The position numbers were made by a program, and so were the translations under genes. DNA of 58,079 bases from positions 1 through 58,079 of the forward strand of contig NIVC01001895.1 of the NCBI GenBank assembly GCA_002269645.1, in the 5' to 3' direction. This DNA comes from Macrostomum lignano. Its lineage: Eukaryota. The notes below the pieces were generated by a model, which saw only the letters and a list, made by a program, of their open reading frames with translations, ran no database searches and was not told the DNA's origin. Position 1 is the stretch's first letter. The number at the start of each line of letters is the position of its first letter. Shown one piece after another: positions 36,297 through 48,084 of this stretch.

Positions 36297-37040
36297 TAAA
36301 TTTCACAAGCCCTAAATTTCACAAGCCCTAAATTTCACAAGCCCTAAATTTCACAAGACCTAAATTTCACGAGACCTAAATTTCACAAGACCTAAATTTC
36401 ACAAGACCTAAATTTCACAAGCCCTAAATTTCACAAGCCCTTAATTTCACAAGCCCTAAATTTCACAAGCCCTAAATTTCACAAGACCTAAATTTCAAAA
36501 GCCCTAAATTTCACAAGACCTAAATTTCAAAAGCCCTAAATTTTACAAGACCTAAATTTCAAAAGCCCTAAATTTCACAAGACCTAAATTTCACAAGACC
36601 TAAATTTCACAAGACCTAAATTTCACAAGACCTAAATTTCAAAAGCCCTAAATTTCACAAGACCTAAATTTCACAAGCCCTTAATTTCACAAGCCCTAAA
36701 TTTCACAAGACCTAAATTTCAAAAGCCCTAAATTTCACAAGACCTAAATTTCAAAAGCCCTAAATTTCACAAGACCTAAATTTCAAAAGCCCTAAATTTC
36801 ACAAGACCTAAATTTCACAAGCCCTAAATTTCACAAGCCCTAAATTTCACAAGACCTAAATTTCACAAGACCTAAATTTCACAAGCCCTAAATTTCACAA
36901 GACCTAAATTTCACAAGCCCTAAATTTTACAAGCCCTAAATTTCACAAGACCTAAATTTCACAAGACCTAAATTTCACAAGCCCTAAATTTCACAAGACC
37001 TAAATTTCACAAGCCCTAAATTTTACAAGACCTAAATTTC
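36297..37040. repeat. 16-bp minisatellite (TAAATTTCACAAGMCC), about 46 copies, inside a dispersed element (about 36240-37105)
   Basis: Directly visible. The flanks are homologous to the inverted copy at about 44436-44720. Confidence 0.95.
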
Positions 37041-37176
37041 ACGAGACCTTAATTTCACAACGCTTAAAGACACTATATGGAGATACAATATTTCTTCTAC
37101 AATTTCTTCTTCTTCAGCATATTGCTTGAATTTTTATAATAAAAGTTTGTTCAAATCATTCTTCAACAACGCGCAG

Positions 37177-37674
37177 AGCAGCTTGGCGGCTTCGTATTTC
37201 ATAGAAAACACGCCAGAAGCGCCGAGCAAGTCGGACAACGCAACAGACGGGCGGAGGCGGCGGAGACGGCGGCGCATGAAGCGAACTCAGGCAGGGCCGA
37301 TGCGACCAACTGCGGACACGAGACTGAAGAAGCAGTTCTTTCTCTTCTTCGAATGGAAGAGCGGCATTCTGGCTGAGTCGCATGTCGTTCGAACTCAATC
37401 CGTTTGGAGCGTCGGCGCCTCTCTGTGCGGCGTGCTGCTCACCCTGCACAAGGGCTACAGCCTGGCGGCTGGCAACGTGCGCAGACTCAAGCGAACTCGA
37501 GACCGGCGTCAGAGAAGCCAGCAGCACCGTCAGCGGTCAATGCAAGCCATGATAAAGGAGATTGCTGAGCAGTCTGGCAATGACTGCGGGCAGAATCCGC
37601 AGGTCGATCTGGACGAGATTAACGCGGTTGATGAGCATCTGAATGAGTCTACTCATGCTCGTGTGGCTGTCTAA
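37177..37674 (+). CDS. PACC1: PAC/TMEM206 homologue exon 6 (end of ectodomain, TM2, basic C-tail, stop)
   Basis: QFFLFFEWKSGILAESHVVRTQSVWSVGASLCGVLLTLHKG aligns without gaps to human QLFFVVFEWKDPFIQKVQDIVTANPWNTIALLCGAFLALFKA (recalled). The phase-0 acceptor GCGCAG at 37176 is inferred. Confidence 0.9.
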   Translation, partial: SSLAASYFIENTPEAPSKSDNATDGRRRRRRRRMKRTQAGPMRPTADTRLKKQFFLFFEWKSGILAESHVVRTQSVWSVGASLCGVLLTLHKGYSLAAGNVRRLKRTRDRRQRSQQHRQRSMQAMIKEIAEQSGNDCGQNPQVDLDEINAVDEHLNESTHARVAV

Positions 37675-38702
37675 GCATTAATTTAATTAATTTAATTACT
37701 ACAGAAATTCGTATAGGACTCTTTTACGGCTATTTACGCACTGTTTTGCAATCTATCTAATTACACGTACGGCTGATTCAGAAGTAAATAAGTATTTTTG
37801 TGATGGCTACTTTACTGACGCGATCTGGTTTGGACTGGCCCGCCATACGCTGAAATAAAGCTGTAGCCATGTACTTTTAACTGCATCCAGAGCTTTAAAC
37901 CTCCGCTAGAAGACCATGCACACAAAAAGCTTTTCATCCTATTAGCAAATCAACAAATGCAGAGACAAAAACTGTTTCAATTGTTGCAATTTCTAAACGT
38001 GTGGTTTTTTCAAAGCATTCGCATGCAATCGGCAGCTGAAAAAAGGAGGACAAAAAGAGGAATAGAGGCTTTAAAAAGCGATCGGTGCAGATACAAATTC
38101 TCAATGCAAACCCAGACTCGCTTGCTAACTGGTTGTCTCTCTATAGAAGCGATGCTCATGGTAAAGTTAATGATTTGCAAGATGAATAAATACTTTGCGG
38201 ATGTCAGTATTCAGTATTCGGAATAGGAATTTAATGGCCTGAATCGGACCACGTGGAATAAAGTGCAATTATACTCTAGCAGTGTAGAATTAGTGAATTA
38301 GACAAGAATCTATTAGAATCTATAATGAGGACAACTGTACATAATATATATTACATTACACGTCGACGCATTTATATTTGCACATGTACATAGTGTACAT
38401 ATTATATTATGACGTATGTATGAATTACAATTTTACATTACACATTACAACAGAGGAACGGTTTAAGCTGCATACATAAACCCAAGGACTACCCAAGTAG
38501 TTGTCAAGTAGTCTACTTTAAGTAGTCCTTGCATAACCTTGATTGACTAAATTCATTCAACCGTCAATTGCATTTTATTGCAGATTTCGTGTGGCAGTCA
38601 TCAAAATACTAAATCTGACGTTTTGTTTGAGTGTAAGCGTGTGTGTGTGTGTCTGTATTGTAACGTTCTACGCGCTTTCTCTGGGGGTTTTATGGCTAAA
38701 TA

Positions 38703-39677
38703 CTTCGGGTGTGTCATAAGTAATGTCACTGCAGGCCTCTGTCTAAAATATGTAGGCACATGGACTTGTGGGTAGTGTAGCTGCAAAGTATACTTGGTGA
38801 AGCAATAGCAGTGCATTTGAGACGTGCAAAGGTTGTTTATGGCCCAAGCTATCGCAAGAATACATGTACGCCAAGCAGATTTAGAAAGTGCAACGCGATG
38901 AAAAACCGTCTATGCAGCGAACAAAAATCACCATGAATCTCGACATGACGCCTGCACCAAGCAGATCCGCAAGGTGTTTAGCAGCCGGGGCTTGAATGAC
39001 ATCCTAAACTGCCTGGTTGCTGAGGATGAAAGCTGGCTCCACCTGGATGGCAAGGGCAGCAAAGCAGACAATCGCTGCTGGCTGGGAGCTGGGGACTCCA
39101 GGCCGATGGTGACTAGGAAGTCCATCTTGGACAAGAAGACCATGCTGCTGGTAGCCTTCACGCCAAACAAACGAGTCTCCATCTGCACAACTCCACCGAA
39201 CACCAAGGTCGATGGCCAGTATTTTATCGACTTTGTCCGGCACACTGGAGACCTCTGGCGCACTCTCCGGTCAAATCCATGTCACCGGGACGAAGTTCTG
39301 TGGCAGATGGACACCGCACGGCTGCACATCTGAAGGCTGTTTCGAATTTTCTGCCTGTACGGCGAGTGAATATGCTCTGACAGAGTCCCTACAGCCCGGA
39401 CTTCAACTTTTGCAAGAGATTCCTATTCAAATGGCTGAAGGCTGACTTTTCCAAGAAGAGTTGCAAACCGTGAAGAGGTCAAACAGGCCGCGTTGCACTG
39501 GTTATGGCAGTTGGAGGAAAAACACCTGCAGGCTGAGGTGGACAAGCTGTATGAGCATTGCCAGAGGGTGATTGATATTGGGGGACTCTATGCTGTTGAG
39601 TGCTACAGTTTTGTTAATCTGCGATTGCAAGTTCGTCTGTTTTCACATCAGTGACATTACTTATGACACACCCGAAG
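38703..39677 (+). mobile_element. Internally deleted mariner (Tc1/mariner) element, 975 bp
   Basis: Perfect 29-bp TIR CTTCGGGTGTGTCATAAGTAATGTCACTG with TA TSD (38701-02 and 39678-79). Transposase remnants VAEDESW, QMDTARLH and SPYSPDFN, with frameshifts. Confidence 0.93.
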
Positions 39678-41023
39678 TATTCTCACTTTCTATAATATGG
39701 TCTAGCGCTCTAAGGTTCTTACAGCTCTTTATATATTCTGTCAGGCCGCCAGAGAAAACCGTAAACTGACGGGATCTCCTAGTATAGGCTGAATTTAAAT
39801 CACACGAATATTTCTCTCTGTGTAACTTATAAGGCAAATAATTGGTTTTAAGACTTAAATTTGAGCCAACTGGATAATCCAGAGACCAATACAAATAGAG
39901 CGGTTAGGATCTGAGATCGCGCAAAGCGGAAAAAGCAGAAAAACCAGTTTGAGATGGGCGTCTATTTTATACAGGTAGGCATTTTTGACCTCCCCCGCCG
40001 CCGGTGGGGTGTCTTCGCGTGGTTAGCAACGGCGGGGGGCTTAAGCAATAAAAATCTGGGACTCAGTCCCCTACAGTTGTATGCGAATTTAGTTAGTTCT
40101 AGTATTGTTGCTAAGTGTGTGGGTTAGGATTATTCGGGGTTTTGCAAATCTATGCGTTGAGTTGGAAATTTTGGGATAGAAAGATTACAGAAAAAGAGCT
40201 TAATTTTCCTTCTCTTAACTCCGGCATAGATGATACACAGTCCTCTCTCTCTCTCTCGGTTGTCAAACTACTTGGGGTTGATCTCGCCTTCTTGGGCAGC
40301 TTCGGGTTGGATAGAAGTCCGTGGGCGGGCCGTGCGATTCTCCTCCAAAGTTCGCCAGGTTCTGGCGCGTGCCCACGGACCGATTGCTCTTTTTGACGTC
40401 ATTGCTGCCTAAGTCGGGCCTCTCCTCGGTTTGCAATTCTCCCAGCCGGTTTGAGCGCCATTGTGCCTGCGGCGGGGTGTTCGTGTTGCTACTCACTGAA
40501 ATGGAAAGATGCTTTATTAGATTCGGTAATTCATATCGATTTGACTTTTGTTGCTGCTTTTGTTTGCCCTTCTAATACATGTAGCTATCTAGGGGTTCCT
40601 TTGCTCCTCTATTCGCCCTTCACTGCGCCTATCTTCTTAAATACGTTTCTACCTATCTTCTAACTTAGGGTAAAACTTCAGATTTCTAACTCTTATAAAC
40701 GTAACTCATCCAAGGCTACTTGCAACTCAGCGTTAAACCTTATATTTTAAATAATCTTCGCCAATCGAGATCAGATTATGCGGTGTAATTTAATTCAAAA
40801 TGTTTAGAATTAAAGTTACTTGAATATAATCCATAGAAATAAAGACTTTCCGTGACAATATTTGCGTTCTCCGGGATTTTATTTGGTAATATTCAATAAT
40901 ATCCCGTAAAGTCTTTATGTCGCGGGCCTGGGTATTATGTATCTGTGTAACTATATATTACTGTTACGTAGATTATCTGCTCACCTATTCTAAATATCCA
41001 AAAATTGTCTATTGTACTTATGG

Positions 41024-43040
41024 TAGGGACTCCAGTGAGGTTACCGTAAAGCTGATAATTACACGAAAAATCGTAAAATAATGTTTTTTAAAAATGAAAT
41101 TGCCATGCATAGAAAATGTTTATAGTAAAAACAAAATATACATGTTAAAGAAGAGTTTCTATTCTTTTTAATGAGATAAAGAAACAAAAAATATATACAT
41201 TGTATGCCGAGTAATGTCCCACTGAACTTCGTCTTTTTTTTAATACACTCGTTTTGTTGCCAAAAAAAGTGACTTTCGAAAGTTCGTTTTTTTGTTGGAA
41301 AGCAATTATTTTAACAAAATATAACTATTTATTAATACAAACAACTATATTTACAAACATTTTTTGACATTTTGAGAAGAAATTTTTTTTCTTTTCTCCT
41401 TATTTAGACAGTATAAAAAAATTAAAGTTGAATAAAAATCGTACCCGTATTTCCGAAGCTTAGTAAAACCCGGAAATGAATGCTACTCCGTACGGTAATA
41501 TGATTACATTAAAAAAAACAGCACATGTCTATCTACATCCGCCAAAAAGTTATTGAAGCCTGTTTTTTGCCTATCTCTTCAGTGTAAAATAGACGGATAA
41601 AACAGAAAATTTAAATTTTTTTCTAGCAGTAATTTCCGAAGACTATTCTTCTACTGCATTTAATAGAGGAACTTATAGGAATTCTTCACAGCACTTTTAT
41701 ATCTTTCCACATACATCCGCCGAGGAGCAGCAGCAATGTTTGCTTTTTAGTAGCGATACTACTTACATACTACTTATATAAAAAGTGGCTTATTATGGCT
41801 TTTCTTAACCAAAAAGAAGACGTTTTACCATTGCAAATTAGTTTTGAAGGCAAAATAATACAAATAAATGTATGCTTTAGCTTATTGAGCTATAGCAATT
41901 GCAATCCCAATAAATGACCCCTTGAATGCACGTAACCTTGGTCTGCAATTCAAACTCCCATAAAAATGAACTGAATTTCATAAGAAATTGTGTTTATTCC
42001 ATTTGTAAGTTTAATAAGCAACTTCACAATATACAATTTTAAGTACAATATATTTTTAAATACTTCTTTACACTTGTTTACAGAAATGTTCATCGGTAAC
42101 TTTATTTACAATATACAATTTTACAATAAGGATAGGCTCAATCAAAAAATATACAAGACAATAGTATCAACAATTATTTACCTATATGTTTTACAGTTAA
42201 AAAGCAAAGCAGACAATATACATTATGTGTGTAAAGACAATAAGCATTAAATATATGCTAGGGCCTAACTTCAGTCTTCAGTTGCAGCTACTCAACAAGC
42301 AATAATATTGGAAAAAAAAGAACAAGAGCTTTTAAATAAACCAAAGTACACAAAAAAACATTTTCATATGTTTTTCATTAAAAAAACAAATCAAACTTTA
42401 TATATATTCATTAGTCTAAAAAATATAATCATTCAAAGTTGAAAAATGTGCAATTTTAAGATATGCTATCAAGTTCCAGTAGCAAAAAAGTCACAAAATT
42501 GGTGAATTTTTTAACCTTTGTCAATATATAGGAAAAAATGGTATAAAAATATATACTTTTATATGTTGTGGAGTAAACAAATAAAAAAGATTTCAGAAAA
42601 AGCAATTAACTTTTAAATAATAGTCATTTGAAATTTTAATTTTGCTCTATTTTTGATGTGCATTTTTCACTTTTTAAAAATTCAAATGCAAACCCCAAGA
42701 AAGATACATTAGAAAGAATAAAAACAATTTGTTAATCTTATGTAGAACTGCTTGGTCTTTAAAATGATACCAGACTCAATATTGTATGTTGAATAGCAAA
42801 AAAGAAATGACAACAAAAAGTGAAAAATTTTGTTTTCGTACATCTAATGGCAACAATCTATAATGTATTTTTCCTATCTAAAAAACGTAATTTTTTGGGC
42901 ACAAAAAATGCTATAACTTTTTTATTACTCAACCAAATTTAATAAGTGAAGCCATTTTGTGATGCTGTTATTGTCCTCTATCAGATACATATCTGAAAAT
43001 ATATAAATTTTAAAGTTTCAAAATCTCACTGGAGTCCCTA
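41024..43040. mobile_element. Non-autonomous AT-rich TIR element, 2017 bp, 7-bp TSD (hAT-type ends)
   Basis: 16-bp TIR TAGGGACTCCAGTGAG; CTTATGG at 41017-41023 and 43041-43047; no transposase ORF. Confidence 0.8.
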
Positions 43041-43045
43041 CTTAT

Positions 43046-43832
43046 GGCTCATTCCATATAAGATGGACATTTTTGGAAAATAGAAAAAAGTCAATATTTT
43101 TGCTTGCCATTGCCTTATCAGCCAATTTTTTTACCAAATGTTTTTTATGTGTAATATCTACAATCTAAGAATAAATGAATGATAAAATGTTAGATTAGTA
43201 TGCTATCAAGTGGCAAAAAGTCATTTTTGTAAAAATTTAGACATTTTTCTAAGCAAAAGACATCATTAAGTTTGTGTACCTTTTAAAAACAAATAGAAAG
43301 CTTTGGAAGGTTGAAACAAACTATAGATAAAAGTATAGTACTTGCATCATCAGATAAAAGTATTGGTGACCAAATAATCTATTATATTTTTAATATATTG
43401 GTACCTCAAAGTTACTGAATTGACAGAAAAAAATATGTTACAACCATAATGTTACGACCACAAGGCTGCCTTTTCTTTTGTATCTTTGTTGCCTTTTTGA
43501 GTTTATATATTCTAGTAAAAGAGTATGATTACTAAAGATGTTCTTAGTCAAATTTTAAAAAATGTACTGCAAAATATCAAAAATAAAAATGTTATAAGAC
43601 TTTTACCTTTTAGTTTCTATATGTCAAAAATCCTGTTGTTACGACCATAAGTGCCATTCAAGGTTTAATAGCATCTATACTAATGATGATATCTACATGA
43701 AACTCTATAAAAATATTTTTGACAAAATTATCTTTCATTTAAAATATTGGTTTAGTATATTCTATTATTATATTTCATTTTATAAGTAAAAATAGCCTGT
43801 CATGTTACGACCATGCTTATATGGAATGAGCC
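43046..43832. mobile_element. Non-autonomous TIR element (GG..CC ends, TTAT TSD; Kolobok-like?)
   Basis: 17-bp TIR GGCTCATTCCATATAAG (43046-43062 and 43816-43832). TTAT on both sides. Internal repeated GTTACGACCA motif. Confidence 0.7.
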
Positions 43833-45594
43833 TTATACACCTACGTATTTCTAAATAAATTTGTTGGACTGTTTCATCTAGGCATAGCCATAGTTTATTT
43901 TAAGTTTTTCACTTGCTTAAAATTAAACAGCTCTAGTTTAATAACTGTACATCGTCATTGCATTTTCATTGTCATTAACACTTGGACTTAGCCTAATGGT
44001 TCATAATCCATTTGGGCTATAAAAATACAAAGCAATTTTATCAATCCTAATTTATGCCATAGTAGGCCAATGGAAAATAAATACTGAAGTAGGCCTAATT
44101 TGTTTGCATTTAATTTATAAATTATAATTTTGATCAAAACTAGGTAGGCAGGTCTAGTATTACTAGTATCACTGATAAAATTTGCAGCCTTTGCCACTTT
44201 TATACTGGGCTAGGCCCTACCTACTGCTAGGGTCATTTCACAAACCCTAATTTTCATGTCAAAACCAGAACCTTTCATAAGACCTATATTTCATAAACCC
44301 TAGGCCTAATTTTTACAATGGTGAAAATAAGCAATGCAGCAGATTTCACAACACCTAAATTTCACAATGGCTAAAAACACAATGGAGATATGGATATGGC
44401 ACTGGAGATACAATCTTTCTTCTACAATTCTTCTGTATCTCCATAGTGTTTTTAGGCATTGTGAAATTTAGGGCTTGTGAAATTTATAGTTTATGCAATC
44501 TGATACAAGTTTTGGGGTATCTTCAAGTTTCGTTTGTTTAATTCCAACACCCATCCCCCACCACCCTTGAATAGAGGGCAAAATAATTCCGGAAATAATT
44601 AAACAAACAAAACTTGAAGATTGCCAAGTTTTGCTTTCAACATTGTGAAAATTAGGGTTCATGAAATTTAGAGCTTAATCCTATGAAAGTTTGTGTCTTG
44701 CAACATTGTGAAATTTAGGGTTTATGAAAACAACCCTACTACTAAGCCTGCCTTGTATATGCCCTTTGTTTCTAAATTGTGTATTGTTTTAATCAAATTT
44801 ATAAAAGGCTTTCAACAAGCCCAAGCCCTAGGTTAAAAAAAAGTTAGCTAAAATTCTAACTTCACTAACTTAACTAACTTTCTTAACAAAAGTTAGCTTG
44901 CTTTAGCTAAAATAGGCCTACTTGATAAAGTCAAGATAAAAGTATTTAGTATCAATACTTGGTATATAATTATAGAATATAGTATAACTTATACTATAAA
45001 CATAGAATTAAAAAAACTTTTATATGTTAAGTTCAATTAATTGAAATCATCAAATATATTTACCTTAATAAAGAAAAAAAGGCTATCTTTGTTTGCTAAT
45101 ACATTTTTGCAACTTAGTTTATAATATATTTATTAAAAATATCTAATATTACCCTTACCCTTGGGCCTTGAACATAATAGACTTCAACTAATTTTTTTAA
45201 ATAGGGCCTAATGCCTATTGCCTAGTCTTTAGACTTTATAGGCCCATGAATGATTTTCCATTATATAAAAAACAAGATTCATTAAAAATAAAAGTGCTTC
45301 TATTTTATTAGGATTATTAATGTAAAGATCTTAAAGTATAAAGCATACGCCTAATATAATATAATACAAAGATAATATAATATAACATAAAGATCTAGAA
45401 ATAAAAAATTCTAAGCTTTACTCTATCTTATTTGGCTTTAAAACTTAGATGGCAATTGGCCCTAATAAAAAACTAGATTATAAAACTAATACAAGGCTAG
45501 GCCTATATGCAGCTTATATAGCCTTTCTATTAGGCCTTTAGGTCCTTTGAAACTTCATATCATAGGACCTAATAGTAATTTAGCTTGCTCAACA

Positions 45595-45870
45595 TTTGTG
45601 TTTTCTTAGTTCTTTTTTATTTTTTTACCTCTCTTCATTATTGATTTTATTTTCTCTATCTTCTTTGTCTTCACTTTCTTTTCTTATTTTTTCTCTTTTC
45701 TCCTTTTCCTTTTCCATTTTAACTTCTTTTTCCTTTTCTTATTTCTTTTCTCTTATCTCTCTTATCTCCTCTCCTTATCATCTCCTCTCCCTTTTTCCCC
45801 TCTTGTTATCCTTTCCTTTCCTGTCTTACCTTTTGTTTTCTTTCTCATCTCTTTTCCTTATCTTCCCTCT
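45595..45870. repeat. CT-rich low-complexity tract
   Basis: Almost purely pyrimidine on the + strand. Confidence 0.8.
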
Positions 45871-46415
45871 GGTTGTTCGTCAAGTGCTAGATTCTATATC
45901 TGCCCCTCAAGTTGGATCAAGCTAGATCAAGCATTCTTTTTGCCAAGACTTTGATCTAGTTTTTATTATCAATGAAAACTATATGAGAATGAACCACAAA
46001 AATGGAGTTAAAGGCTAGAATTCTAATATTTAATTTTTAAGATTTGAGACTTCTGGGACAATCAATATTATTTGGACTTATTAAATTTATCAGTTATGCC
46101 AAAAAAGGCAAATGCCAAATAGCCTACTTATTTGTACTGTATGGGGCTTTCAGAGTCGTTTTATTATAAGCAGACTTTTCATATTTATACTCATATATAG
46201 CTACTTTATATAACACCACTAATAAGTAGTGTATCTTGATTGATAATGGCTAATTTTAGCAGTATCTCTTAAAAATAGTAATATTGATGATTGATTAAAC
46301 GATCAATATTAGTTAAAGTTTCCATCTTAAGAATCGATGTTTATCTTTGAGATAGAAGTTAGCCTAATCTGTATTCAACATTCCAGAATCATTAGATTAC
46401 AAATATTGCTATTAA

Positions 46416-46589
46416 ATGGACAATTTCAACGATCTCAGTCAGCTGTTCGACATGCAGGAGGCGGTACACATCAAACGGGCCACCTGCGGCAGGTGCGGCC
46501 GACCCAGCCCCACCTGCTGGTGCCCCTCGCTGCCCCGAGTACCAGTTGACATTGCCACCAAAGTGATCATACTGCAGCATCCGTTTGAG
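46416..46589 (+). CDS. DTWD2: DTW-domain tRNA-uridine aminocarboxypropyltransferase (DTWD2-like), exon 1
   Basis: KRATCGRCGRPSPTCWCPSLP..VIILQHPFE: Cys cluster and QHP motif. Phase-0 donor GTGAAT. Confidence 0.88.
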
Positions 46590-46689
46590 GTGAATGTCAG
46601 TCTTCTATACACTCTTAAATTGAATGTGTAGCTTTATGATGGCATCAAATGCGCGCTAAATTGGCGCAAAAACCTTCAATATGGCGCTT

Positions 46690-47650
46690 AAATCTAGACT
46701 ACAGCAATAAAATCTTGGTCTTGACCGTAGCGCTAAAGTCTAAATGTGGCGCTGAAATCTAGAATGTGGCTCTAAAATGTATAATAATGCGCTAAAATCT
46801 TGACTGTGGCGCTAAAATCTATAATATGGTGCTGAACTCTAGAATATGGCGCTGAAATCTATAATAATGCGCTAAAATCTTGACTGTGGTGCTAAAATCT
46901 ATAATATGGCGCTGAAATCTATAATGTGGCGCTAAAATATAGAATATGGCGCTGAAATCTAGAATAAGGCGCTAAAATATAGAATGTGGTGCTGAAATCT
47001 ATAATATGGCGCTAAAATATAGAATGTGGCGCTGAAATCTATAATATGGCGCTAAAATATAGAATGTGGTGCTGAAATCTATAATATGGCGCTAAAATAT
47101 AGAATGTGGCGCTGAAATCTATAATATGGCGCTAAAATATAGAATGTGGCGCTGAAATCTATAATATGGCGCTAAAATATAGAATGTGGCGCTGAAATCT
47201 ATAATATGGCGCTAAAATATAGAATGTGGTGCTGAAATCTATAATATGGCGCTAAAATATAGAATGTGGCGCTGAAATCTATAATATGGCGCTAAAATAT
47301 AGAATGTGGCGCTGAAATCTATAATATGGCGCTAAAATATAGAATGTGGCGCTGAAATCTATAATATGGCGCTAAAATATAGAATGTGGCGCTGAAATCT
47401 ATAATATGGCGCTAAAATATAGAATGTGGCGCTGAAATCTATAATATGGCGCTAAAATATAGAATGTGGTGCTGAAATCTATAATATGGCGCTAAAATAT
47501 AGAATGTGGTGCTGAAATCTATAATATGGCGCTAAAATATAGATTGTGGCGCTGAAATCTAGAATAGGGCGCTTAAATTTTAACTGCAGAGCTTAAAATC
47601 TCAAGTGTGGCGCTAAAGTGGCGCTAAAATCTCCAATGTGGCGCTAAAAT
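46690..47650. repeat. 20-bp minisatellite with 40-bp dimer period (GGCGCTAAAATATAGAATGT/GGCGCTGAAATCTATAATAT)
   Basis: Directly visible; lies in the DTWD2 intron. Confidence 0.95.
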
Positions 47651-48084
47651 CCTGTCTGCTGTAGGACTTCACTGTGAAACGAAAATTGTTCTCCTTTTCA
47701 CGATTCCCGAGTTTTCATTATGCCACGCTCTGTAATTTTCGAACTAGAGAACTCTAGGATAATCCGCTGTGGGCTCGGTTGTTACTGCGGGAATAACAGT
47801 TTTCACGCCTCTAGGTTGTCCCACAGATACTCGTATTGTCCGCCTTTGCCTGCGTCGTGTGTCGTTATCTGCCTTAGGACAGATTTCCCTAGGGAATAGC
47901 CGGGGTTGCAGACCCGACTTAATTTGGAATCGGCAAGAGTTTCCTGCCCAGTCTGCTTTTGGTTTTATATGCCATTCGACCTTTTCTGTTAGCTGAAATT
48001 TTTGAGAAACTAAAAGGCAAATTCAGATGGTTTTATGCAATTCTGAAGCTTTAGTTCGATATTCTGCTGCTACTTTAAACTGCC

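Noticed and set aside
9386-37674. Functional link between the rhomboids and the adjacent PAC gene
   Set aside because: Adjacency in a metazoan genome is not evidence of a shared pathway, and no sequence feature links them.
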